A stretch of DNA of 64,000 nt from Patescibacteria group bacterium (lineage in GTDB: Bacteria; Patescibacteriota; Saccharimonadia; Saccharimonadales; JANWIN01): contig DATIHJ010000008.1 of NCBI GenBank assembly GCA_035480855.1, forward strand, positions 17,308 to 81,307. Direction: 5' to 3'. Shown piece after piece: positions 50,488 to 59,338 of this stretch. Both the position numbers and the translations under genes were made by a program. Under the pieces are notes generated by a model that saw only the letters and a program-made list of their open reading frames with translations, ran no database searches and was not told where the DNA came from. Positions within the stretch are counted from its first letter, which is position 1. The number at the start of each line of letters is the position of its first letter.

Positions 50488-50587
50488 ACACATAGTATAG
50501 CGCAGCTATATTGGATCGAGTATTCCCTAACCCACCAATGTACTAAAAGCTTGCGAGTTTATAGATCTATAATTACTATACGGGGAT

Positions 50588-51055
50588 ATGAGTATAGGAG
50601 TGACCTGGCAAACGCTTTCAAAAAGCACCGATACAACTGGGCAGATAGGTGTACATCTAGGGAATAATCTGCGAGGCGGCGAGGTGATAGAGCTGGTCAG
50701 CGATTTGGGCGGCGGCAAAACTACGTTTGTACGCGGCCTGGCTCGTGGTTTTGGGAGTTCAGACAAAGTTGCCAGCCCCAGCTTTACTATCAGCAAAGTA
50801 TATAAATCTGGTGAGTCAGAGCTACACCACTTTGATTTTTATAGACTGCATGAAGCCGGCATAGTCGCCCGTGAGCTTGATGAGCTAGTTGGCGACGAGC
50901 ACGTGACTATAGTAGTTGAATGGGCAGATCTAGTTCGCGACGTGCTTCCTACTAGTCGCCTTACTATAAAGTTCAAGACCATTGACGAGGATACACGCCT
51001 GCTTGAGTTTGTTTGTCCAAAGCCACTTGAATACTTGATGGAAAATCTAAAATGA
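50588..51055 (+). CDS. tsaE: t6A biosynthesis ATPase
   Basis: DLGGGKTT, SPSF, HFDFYRL, VEW. Confidence 0.95.
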   Translation: MSIGVTWQTLSKSTDTTGQIGVHLGNNLRGGEVIELVSDLGGGKTTFVRGLARGFGSSDKVASPSFTISKVYKSGESELHHFDFYRLHEAGIVARELDELVGDEHVTIVVEWADLVRDVLPTSRLTIKFKTIDEDTRLLEFVCPKPLEYLMENLK

Positions 51056-51450
51056 AAATCCTAACCATTCGCACAGATAAACCAGAAGCAGAAATTGGCC
51101 TGTTTGAAGATAGCAAAAAACTCTCCTACAAGACTTGGCCCGCCCACCGTCAATTAGCCGAAACCCTCCATACTCAAATTGAACAACTTTTATCCACGCA
51201 TAATCTGAGCATGCAAAAAGAAGGCTTAGAGGGACTGGTCTGTTTTAGGGGACCGGGCAGCTTTACAGGACTCAGGATTGGGCTGACTGTGGCAAATACT
51301 CTAGCTTATAGCCTTAACATTCCAATTGTTGGCGGCATGGGTGATAACTGGATTGATGAAGGAATTCGGGAGCTAAAAGAAGGTAAAAACGAGCAAGTTG
51401 TTATGCCCGAATATGGCAGTGAACCTCACATTACAAAACCTCGCAAATAA
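51052..51450 (+). CDS. tsaB: t6A biosynthesis protein TsaB (short form)
   Basis: GPGSFTGLRIG. Confidence 0.9.
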   Translation: MKILTIRTDKPEAEIGLFEDSKKLSYKTWPAHRQLAETLHTQIEQLLSTHNLSMQKEGLEGLVCFRGPGSFTGLRIGLTVANTLAYSLNIPIVGGMGDNWIDEGIRELKEGKNEQVVMPEYGSEPHITKPRK

Positions 51451-51626
51451 CCGCAAGCATTTGACCGGGACACAAAAAAAAGCGTATAGTATGCCTTAGG
51501 ATTTGACTCTGTTTTGGGACCAGGTCCAACGTTCTGACATTTTTTATTTATTTTGATATTCAGATGGTGTGAGTGGCTAATGAAGTGATAGTGATGCCGC
51601 CTATCCAATCTGGCATAGGAGGATAT

Positions 51627-53141
51627 ATGGATCCAATTACCATTGTATTGGCCGTTGTAGGCATTGGCGCTGGTTTTGGCGCAAGCACGGTTATAACCAA
51701 AAAGAAACTAGGCTCAGCTGAGGATGCAGCCAAAAAAGAACTAGCCAAGGCCAAGAAAGACGGAGACAAGCTAGTGGCCGAAGCCCGGGAAAAAGCAGCC
51801 GATATTGCAGAAACAGCTCGCAAAGATGACCAGACACGTAGGCGCGAACAAAAAGATATGGAATCCCGGCTAATTTCCCGTGAGGAAACAATAGACAAAA
51901 AACTTGACGATCTAGACAAGCGCAGTGATCGTTTGCGCAAGGGCGAAGATGAGGTAGAAAGCCTCAAAAATGAAATCCGCGATATTCGCAAAAAACAGCA
52001 AGACAAGTTAGAGAAAATTGCCAAGCTAACTAAAGAAGATGCTGCAGACAAACTTATGAAGATGACCGAGCGCGACATCAAGGGCGACCTAACAGGCCTA
52101 GTCGCAAAAATGCAAACTGAAGCCAAAGAAAATGCAGAAGAAACAGCTGGCGCTATCATAGTTGGCGCTATGGAGCGTATGGCTAGCGAGGTTACAGCTG
52201 AGCGCACAGTCACGGCCGTAAAGCTTGAGGACGAGGAAATGAAGGGTCGGATTATTGGTAAAGAGGGCCGCAACATTCAGGCTTTGCAAAGAGCTACTGG
52301 TGTAGACATTTTGGTAGACGACACCCCCGGCATGATCATACTCAGTTCGTTTGATCCTGTACGCCGCGAGGTTGCTCGCCAAGCCCTAGAGATGTTACTC
52401 AAGGATGGCCGTGTGCACCCGGGCCGTATCGAAGAAATTGTAGAAAAAGCCCAAAACAACGTGCAAAAAGATGTTATGCGCGCTGGCGAAGATGCTGCCC
52501 GTGAGGTTGGCATCATTGGTATTCCTAAAGAAATTTTACAGCTACTTGGCGAGTTAAAATACCGCACCAGCTATGGCCAAAACGTGCTGAAGCACTCTAC
52601 TGAAATGGCTCATATTGCCGGAATCATAGCCGAGGAAGTTGGTGCCAATGTAAAGACCACTAAATACGCTGCTCTAGTACACGACCTTGGCAAGGCTCTA
52701 ACGCACAAAATTGAAGGCAAGCACCATCACATTAGTGGCGAGATGCTTAGAAAATACGGGGCTCCGGAAGAAGTTGCCCACGCAGCCGAAGCCCATCACG
52801 ACGACATGGAAGCTACCACTACAGAAGCTCTGATTGTCCGCGTAGTAGATGCCATTAGTGCATCTCGTCCAGGTGCAAGAAATATTAGTGCAGAGAACTT
52901 TGCTGAGCGCATGAAAGACCTAGAAAATGTTGCTAACGGCTTTGATGGAATAGAAAAATCTTATGCTATTAGCGCTGGCCGTGAAGTAAGAGTCTTTGTT
53001 CGCCCAGTAGACATTGACGATCTAGCAGCTATAAAGCTTGCTCGCGACATTGCTACTAAGATAGAGAGCACCATGCAGTACCCAGGAACCATTAAGGTCA
53101 ACGTCATCCGTGAAACACGTGCAGTAGAGTTCGCCAAGTAA
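51627..53141 (+). CDS. rny: Ribonuclease Y
   Basis: TM, coiled coil, KGRIIGKEGRNI, HDLGK, ASRPGAR; AGGAGG SD before 51627. Confidence 0.97.
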   Translation: MDPITIVLAVVGIGAGFGASTVITKKKLGSAEDAAKKELAKAKKDGDKLVAEAREKAADIAETARKDDQTRRREQKDMESRLISREETIDKKLDDLDKRSDRLRKGEDEVESLKNEIRDIRKKQQDKLEKIAKLTKEDAADKLMKMTERDIKGDLTGLVAKMQTEAKENAEETAGAIIVGAMERMASEVTAERTVTAVKLEDEEMKGRIIGKEGRNIQALQRATGVDILVDDTPGMIILSSFDPVRREVARQALEMLLKDGRVHPGRIEEIVEKAQNNVQKDVMRAGEDAAREVGIIGIPKEILQLLGELKYRTSYGQNVLKHSTEMAHIAGIIAEEVGANVKTTKYAALVHDLGKALTHKIEGKHHHISGEMLRKYGAPEEVAHAAEAHHDDMEATTTEALIVRVVDAISASRPGARNISAENFAERMKDLENVANGFDGIEKSYAISAGREVRVFVRPVDIDDLAAIKLARDIATKIESTMQYPGTIKVNVIRETRAVEFAK

Positions 53142-53151
53142 TACAAGCGGC

Positions 53152-53682
53152 ATGCAAGTAATATTCGAAGCCCATTCTACAACTCTTGATAATGAAGCCA
53201 ATCATGCATCTGGCTGGAACGACGTTGAATTGTCCCAAACAGGAATTGAACAGGCAAAAGAGCTTAGTAAGCGGTATAATCTAGCCGATTTTGATGCAGT
53301 GTTTACATCTGATTTGCAAAGAGCGTATGAAACAGCGCGTATTGCATTCCCTAAAATTGATTCGAAAAAGCTATTTATAGATTGGCGACTTCGTGAGTGT
53401 AATTATGGTGATCTGGAACAGAGTCCAAAAGATGAACTGGATAACAGAAAGCTAGATTATGTAACCAAACCATTCCCAGGAGGCGAAAGCTATGCTGACG
53501 CCATGCAGCGGATGAAAAGCTTCATAGATGATCTGAGAGAAATGCCATATAAAAACGTCATTATTTTTGGCAGCAGGGCAACACATTATGGCCTAGATGT
53601 TTGGATTGATGGTAAAAGCATTGAGGACTGTTTAAATCATAAATTTAGCTGGCAGCCTGGATGGCACTATGAGTTACAATAA
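53152..53682 (+). CDS. Histidine phosphatase (phosphoglycerate mutase family)
   Basis: SDLQRAYET, LRECNYG, PGGES; RHG motif diverged to AHS. Confidence 0.8.
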   Translation: MQVIFEAHSTTLDNEANHASGWNDVELSQTGIEQAKELSKRYNLADFDAVFTSDLQRAYETARIAFPKIDSKKLFIDWRLRECNYGDLEQSPKDELDNRKLDYVTKPFPGGESYADAMQRMKSFIDDLREMPYKNVIIFGSRATHYGLDVWIDGKSIEDCLNHKFSWQPGWHYELQ

Positions 53683-53686
53683 ATCT

Positions 53687-53884
53687 ATGACAGAGCTTCC
53701 AAAGCCTATTATTACTCCTCCCAAACCACGGTTTGCAGAACCCCTAATTTTAACGGCTGTTGGACTTTTGTTGCTGGGCGTAATTATTGTAATAATCGGC
53801 AAGGTGGTTATGCTCGGTATTCTTGCAATTATTGGCGGGGTTTTTAGTCTTGGTGTTCATGTAGCCAAAAACTACAAATTTTAG
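53687..53884 (+). CDS. Small membrane protein
   Basis: 2 hydrophobic segments, fits operon gap. Confidence 0.6.
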   Translation: MTELPKPIITPPKPRFAEPLILTAVGLLLLGVIIVIIGKVVMLGILAIIGGVFSLGVHVAKNYKF

Positions 53885-53886
53885 AA

Positions 53887-54681
53887 ATGAATATTCTATA
53901 CATCGGCGACATTATGGGTGAGCCAGGTATTGATGTGGTTGGCCAGGTTTTGCCTGATCTCAAACAAGATAAGCAAATTGACATTGTAATTGCACAGGCA
54001 GAGAACGTAAGCGCAGGCAAAGGTATGACAGCGGCAGACATGAAGCGATTACAAGATGTCGGTGTGGATTTTTTTACAGGCGGCAATCATACACCTAAGC
54101 TCGATGAGCTAATGCCACTACTTGAAGACTCTAATAAACCAGTGATTGGACCTGCCAACATGCCTACTAGCGCAGGCAAGGGTTGGAAATATTACCAGAG
54201 CAAACAGGGCCCAGTGCTAGTAATTTCTTTACTTGGAGAAACATTTGGCCATGCCAAAGTGGACTACGACAATCCGCTTAAAGCAATTGATAAAATTTTG
54301 TCAGACAATCAGGGCAAACAGAGGGTTGCTACTATCCTAAACTTTCATGGAGATTACAGTAGCGAAAAGGTAATAATGGGCTACTACCTGGACGGCAAAG
54401 TTACGGCCGTAATTGGCGACCATTGGCACACACCGACGGCTGACGCCATGGTCCTGCCCGGAGGCACAGCCCACATCACAGATGTAGGCATGTGCGGAGT
54501 ACTGCATTCAAGCCTGGGCGTTAAACTTGAATCTGTAATACCTCGTTGGCACGATGGTGTAGTCAATAAAAACGAACTTGCTACAGACAAACCCTGGCAA
54601 TTTAATGCAGCATTAATAGAATCAGACAATCAAACAGGACTCGCAAAAGCCATTTCTCTAATTCAAAAACAAGTTGATTAG
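53887..54681 (+). CDS. ymdB: YmdB-like metallophosphoesterase
   Basis: GDIMG, TGGNH, SSEK, HITDVGMCG. Confidence 0.9.
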   Translation: MNILYIGDIMGEPGIDVVGQVLPDLKQDKQIDIVIAQAENVSAGKGMTAADMKRLQDVGVDFFTGGNHTPKLDELMPLLEDSNKPVIGPANMPTSAGKGWKYYQSKQGPVLVISLLGETFGHAKVDYDNPLKAIDKILSDNQGKQRVATILNFHGDYSSEKVIMGYYLDGKVTAVIGDHWHTPTADAMVLPGGTAHITDVGMCGVLHSSLGVKLESVIPRWHDGVVNKNELATDKPWQFNAALIESDNQTGLAKAISLIQKQVD

Positions 54682-54685
54682 ATTT

Positions 54686-54874
54686 TTAGGTTTCTTTGGT
54701 GCCGTTGAAACCGATGGCGGCTACAATCACGCTACCTACCATATTGATCAACACTACTTTAAAAGCTGGTGTGTCACGATTGATTGCTAGCAGCACTGCG
54801 CTACCTAGCCAAATGGTGGCAATTACACCCGCTGTGTAGGGATACTTTATGAAAAACATGAATTCTTTAAACAT
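54686..54874 (-). CDS. Small 2-TM protein, partner of ABC1 kinase
   Basis: 62 aa, overlaps upstream kinase stop; similar to 56417-56575. Confidence 0.7.
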   Translation of the reverse strand: MFKEFMFFIKYPYTAGVIATIWLGSAVLLAINRDTPAFKVVLINMVGSVIVAAIGFNGTKET

Positions 54875-56414
54875 GGCTTCTCTCCTTGGTCTTAGACCTG
54901 CCTGTCTTTAGTTTAATACGTCCCATCAGTTCTTGGAAGAGCTTGGGGTCACGTACGGCCACTCGCTCTAACCAATTGCTTACAATCTCTATTGCCCTAT
55001 TAACACCCATAGTGTTTGTAGGCGGTTCCAATAGCTCGGGATGAGTTATAGCTGCTTGCTCTACTACATGCCTGAATACGGAAGGCAAGACGGTCTCACG
55101 TCTGCCCAGCGTTTCGATTAGTGTCAGGTAGGTCTGTGAAGCACGCAGGATTTCTGAAGACTCAATCTTAACCACAAACCCAAAGCGATTTCCTTGGTTT
55201 ACGGTCTTATTAATAATCTGCATAATTTTGCCGTTTTCAAGCATAGGGCGGATATCATCTGTGCCAGCCACGCGACTAAAAGCTTCCTGTGCCACTTTGC
55301 CTACTTCTTTAGTAAAGTTGGCATTATCAGCCAGCTTGTCTGGGTTAAAGGTGGCTAGTTTTTCTAGTGCCCAATACAGATCGCTAACAAAAAAGCGGAT
55401 AAATTGCTCAAACAGCGTGGCTACATCTTGCTCGCCTTGATACATGCGGTTCCATTCTTTTAAAATGCCATAAAAAGCTGACTTGTTTGAGGGACTAGTA
55501 GCTGAGATACCAAAGTCGATTAGGCCAACACGGTTACCTGTCATCAGACGAACATTGCCGGGGTGAGGATCGCCTTGTATGCGTGGCAGGTTAAACACAC
55601 CATTCAGCATTTCGTACCCAAGCGTAAATAATTGTTGATCCAGGTCTGAACCTAGCGTTTCGTGCACATAGGTTTTAGGGTCAACACCTTGTTCTTGCAG
55701 TTTAATGAGTTGGGCGGCTGATACGCCCTCTACATAATCCTGGACAATTATGTGGTCAGTGCATAGATCTGTGTAGGTTTTGGGGATAACCAGACCAGGA
55801 TGATCTTTATAAGCTTCATAAAGTTCGTTAGCAAAGGCAGCCTCGGCAATATAGTCGGTCTCACGCAAGGTAGCTACCCTAAACTCCCGGATAACATCAT
55901 TAATGTTTGCCTCCATGCTATAGGTCCGCGCAAAGAAGCTTTTGCTAAAGTTGCTAAGCAGTTTGAGGTCATAGCGCAGCAATTCGCGGATCATAGGCCG
56001 CAGCACCTTGATAATAATGGCTTGACCATTAGTTAGCTGGCCATAATACACTTGCCCAAAACTACCGGCTGCAAATGGCTGGGGCTGAACTAGAGCAATT
56101 TGTGATAACTGGGCGGGTCCAAGCTCGTGCTTTAGAATTTCAGAAATATCTAGAGGTTCAATGTCTACCGTTTCAAATATCTTCATTTTGTCTGGGTTTT
56201 GCCATTGTTTGACCATGGCACTTTGCAGCATAACCCCCTGTAAAAACTTAATGTATACGCCACCGAAGCTCACAAACTCCTCGCATACAAGAGTGCTCAT
56301 TTCTTCATAACGCTTACGACGGTGCAGGTAATATACACGCGTCAGTAACTTAGCGAGGCGGGCAGTACGCCGCCGCTTGATGGCGGCAATAGAGGATTTA
56401 GTCCTGGTTGCCAT
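54867..56414 (-). CDS. ABC1/AarF/UbiB-family atypical kinase
   Basis: GGVYIKFLQ, AAGSFGQVY, IKVLRP, GDPHPGN, DFG. Confidence 0.88.
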   Translation of the reverse strand: MATRTKSSIAAIKRRRTARLAKLLTRVYYLHRRKRYEEMSTLVCEEFVSFGGVYIKFLQGVMLQSAMVKQWQNPDKMKIFETVDIEPLDISEILKHELGPAQLSQIALVQPQPFAAGSFGQVYYGQLTNGQAIIIKVLRPMIRELLRYDLKLLSNFSKSFFARTYSMEANINDVIREFRVATLRETDYIAEAAFANELYEAYKDHPGLVIPKTYTDLCTDHIIVQDYVEGVSAAQLIKLQEQGVDPKTYVHETLGSDLDQQLFTLGYEMLNGVFNLPRIQGDPHPGNVRLMTGNRVGLIDFGISATSPSNKSAFYGILKEWNRMYQGEQDVATLFEQFIRFFVSDLYWALEKLATFNPDKLADNANFTKEVGKVAQEAFSRVAGTDDIRPMLENGKIMQIINKTVNQGNRFGFVVKIESSEILRASQTYLTLIETLGRRETVLPSVFRHVVEQAAITHPELLEPPTNTMGVNRAIEIVSNWLERVAVRDPKLFQELMGRIKLKTGRSKTKERSHV

Positions 56415-56416
56415 AA

Positions 56417-56575
56417 CTATTTTTTAGAGAAACCAATAAGGAACAATACAATCGTAGAGAACATCACTACTACGTAAAGTTCAAATATCTCATTTGCGTT
56501 GCTGCGGGTAATGGCTATTAAAATAGCAGCCACCCAAATTAGCAAGATTGTAAGGAACACAGAAATATACTTCAT
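56417..56575 (-). CDS. 52-aa 2-TM protein (not in ORF track)
   Basis: MKYISVFLTILLIWVAAILIAITRSNANEIFELYVVVMFSTIVLFLIGFSKK fills the gap between the kinases. Confidence 0.75.
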   Translation of the reverse strand: MKYISVFLTILLIWVAAILIAITRSNANEIFELYVVVMFSTIVLFLIGFSKK

Positions 56576-56599
56576 ATTGTTATAACTATCTCACTTTTA

Positions 56600-58114
56600 T
56601 TAGTTTTTAGCAAGCTCTTTATCCTTTACGCCCTGCCTAATTAACCCCTGGATGGTACGGAACAATGCGCCGTCACGCTCAGCCACTCTCTCTAGCCAGC
56701 GGCTAACAATTTCCAGAGCTTGGTCAATAGACAGGGGATTGGCCATAGGACGGGTAATAGACGGGTCAAATTCTTTCATATCTGCCACAACGGCACTATA
56801 TACGGGGGCAATTAGGTGAAAGGCATCTAGCGAAGTAGCTAGGGTATGGTAGGTCTGAGCCGCTCTCAGCACATCAGCGTTTTTGAGATGGGCAACTATA
56901 CCAAAACGGTTAGACCGGTTAACTGTTTTATTTATGGTAGCGCCAATAAAGGCATCATGTTTAGTATTTGCAAATTCCTGTGGATCGTTTGTGTCAAAAA
57001 AGACTTTGTTGATATGTGTTTTAAGTTTGCTAACAATGTCGTACTTATTCTTGGTATAGGTGTCGATCGCCTCCAGCGCATAAAACAAGTCGGTCTGGTA
57101 GAGTCGCACATATTCCAAAAACATATCGGCTGGCTGAGCTTTGCCTTGGGTGGCTTTATCGAACTGCTCCAGGAATTTGTAGAGAACATAGGGTTGAGCT
57201 GGCTTTTCGACAGTGATGCCAAAATCTAGCATGCCAACCTTGTTGTCAGGCAGTAGGCGGACATTACCTGGGTGGAGGTCGCCATGAGTAATACCTTTGG
57301 TAAATAAACTGCTAAAGAACTTGTAGCCGAGGCTAGCTATTTGTTCTTCCAAGTCAGAGCCAGTCCGCTCACGTACAATTCGGCGCATGGACACGCCATC
57401 TTTAGTACTGGCAATTAGATCTGCCACAGACAACCCACCAATGTATTCTTGTACCAAAATTTGTGAAGTACAAAGATCACTATACGTTTTGGGAATAACA
57501 ATTTGCGGATCGTCTTTAAACGCTTCATACATACGTTCCGCAGCCTTAGCTTCATTGATGTAATCAGTTTCGCGCATAGTAGTATCAAACACATAGCGCA
57601 CACCAGCCTTCATATTGGCATCAAGCGTGGTAACCGTTTTGATAAAAAACCAGCCAAACCGTCCTAGTATTTTGGTGTCATAGCGCAAGGTCTCCCGAAT
57701 AAAGGGTCTCAGCACCTTTATGATCACTTGCTCGCCGCTACTAAGTTCACCAAGATAAACTTGGCCAAAACTACCGGCCGCAAATGGTACCCGGCTGATC
57801 ATTTTGAACTGATTGGCCCGCTCACCCAGCTGATGATTTACTAAGACGTAAATATCTATTGGGTCGGGGTCTAGGTTTTCAAAAATCTTGTAGCGGTTAG
57901 CCTCTAGCCAATTCTGGAATTGCGAGCTCTGCAATAGCACACCTTGTAGGAACTTTACATATATACCGCCCAGTTTCACGAAACTATCGCAAATGCAGCC
58001 AAACATGGCATCTTTGTCACCTTTAGCGTAGTAGCGTGTAACTTTAGCAATAGTTTTAGCAATAGTTTTGCGACGCTGGTATTTGATTCGTCTAATTTCG
58101 CGGCGGGCATTCAT
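56600..58114 (-). CDS. ABC1/AarF/UbiB-family atypical kinase (paralog)
   Basis: GGIYVKFLQ, AAGSFGQVY, HGDLHPGN, DFG. Confidence 0.88.
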   Translation of the reverse strand: MNARREIRRIKYQRRKTIAKTIAKVTRYYAKGDKDAMFGCICDSFVKLGGIYVKFLQGVLLQSSQFQNWLEANRYKIFENLDPDPIDIYVLVNHQLGERANQFKMISRVPFAAGSFGQVYLGELSSGEQVIIKVLRPFIRETLRYDTKILGRFGWFFIKTVTTLDANMKAGVRYVFDTTMRETDYINEAKAAERMYEAFKDDPQIVIPKTYSDLCTSQILVQEYIGGLSVADLIASTKDGVSMRRIVRERTGSDLEEQIASLGYKFFSSLFTKGITHGDLHPGNVRLLPDNKVGMLDFGITVEKPAQPYVLYKFLEQFDKATQGKAQPADMFLEYVRLYQTDLFYALEAIDTYTKNKYDIVSKLKTHINKVFFDTNDPQEFANTKHDAFIGATINKTVNRSNRFGIVAHLKNADVLRAAQTYHTLATSLDAFHLIAPVYSAVVADMKEFDPSITRPMANPLSIDQALEIVSRWLERVAERDGALFRTIQGLIRQGVKDKELAKN

Positions 58115-58265
58115 GCCCTTATTATCTCACCTCTTGCAAGACATAGGTAGCTAAGCATAAGGATAACCATAAAACTCTGTAGGCTAAATAAACATACCAT
58201 TGACATTAATTGTCTTTATCAATAAGCTTAAGTTAAATTGAATAACAGGTAAGTTAATACTACCA

Positions 58266-59324
58266 ATGGCTAAAAAACATCTTTTCGGTAAGCTAAACAA
58301 AAAACGGTTATATATTTTTGTCATAATTTTTGCCATTATTGGCGTGGCTTTATTGTTTAAGATTTTGGCAGCTGGGCCCATGGCCTCTTTTGAAGCCGAA
58401 AATGCCACGGTAACTTCACCGACTACAATTTGTGCAGATACTGCTGCATCAGGTGGGAAAAAAATTCAATTCGGGGGCACTTGCGTAGGCGGTTCGGGCG
58501 GGCCAACAAGTCTTACCCCACCAATTCGAGCGGCTTTTTACTACCCGTGGTTTCCTGAAACTTGGAGTGTAAACGGTGTTCATGTGGCCTATCATCCTGA
58601 TCTTGGATACTATGATTCTTCCACTCAAAGCGTTGTAGACGCGCATATTAAGGCGCTGGATTACGGAAAAATCAAGGTTGCAATCGCTTCATGGTGGGGT
58701 ACAGGAACCCATAGTGAAAGTACTCGGATTCCACTATTACTGCAGCGTACCCAAGCTCTAGGCTCTAACCTAAAGTGGAGCATATATTATGAACCAGAGG
58801 GCGCTGGCGATCCGACGGTGGCTCAAATTCAATCAGACTTAAATTATATAAAGGCCAACTACACTACTAGCCCGTCATATGCTTATGTAAATAATAAGCC
58901 AGTTATCTTTGTCTATAACGCCAGCGCCAACGATGGCAGCTGTGCGCTAGCTGACAAGTGGGCTCAAGCAAATGCCGGCATAGGCTTTTACATTGACCTT
59001 AAAGTATTTTCTGGCTATAAGACTTGCGTTAATCAGCCAGATTCATGGCATCAGTATGGACCGGCCACTGCCGAAGATAGCCAATCTGGATACTCCTACT
59101 CTATTAGCCCTGGCTTTTGGCGGGCTGATGAAACTGCACCGAGGCTAGCCCGAGACCCGACTCGGTGGGCAACAAACGTTAATGACATGGTTGCATCAAA
59201 TGCGCCATGGCAGCTAATAACGACGTTTAATGAATGGGGTGAAGGTACAGCCGTAGAAGGCGCAACCGAATGGGCCAGTACCAGTACTTTTGGAACGTAT
59301 TTGGACGCTCTACATAATAAATAA
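58266..59324 (+). CDS. Secreted GH99-like glycoside hydrolase
   Basis: AFYYPW, LGYYDS, ASWW, YYEP, TFNEWGEG. Confidence 0.7.
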   Translation: MAKKHLFGKLNKKRLYIFVIIFAIIGVALLFKILAAGPMASFEAENATVTSPTTICADTAASGGKKIQFGGTCVGGSGGPTSLTPPIRAAFYYPWFPETWSVNGVHVAYHPDLGYYDSSTQSVVDAHIKALDYGKIKVAIASWWGTGTHSESTRIPLLLQRTQALGSNLKWSIYYEPEGAGDPTVAQIQSDLNYIKANYTTSPSYAYVNNKPVIFVYNASANDGSCALADKWAQANAGIGFYIDLKVFSGYKTCVNQPDSWHQYGPATAEDSQSGYSYSISPGFWRADETAPRLARDPTRWATNVNDMVASNAPWQLITTFNEWGEGTAVEGATEWASTSTFGTYLDALHNK

Positions 59325-59338
59325 AGCGAGATAACATA

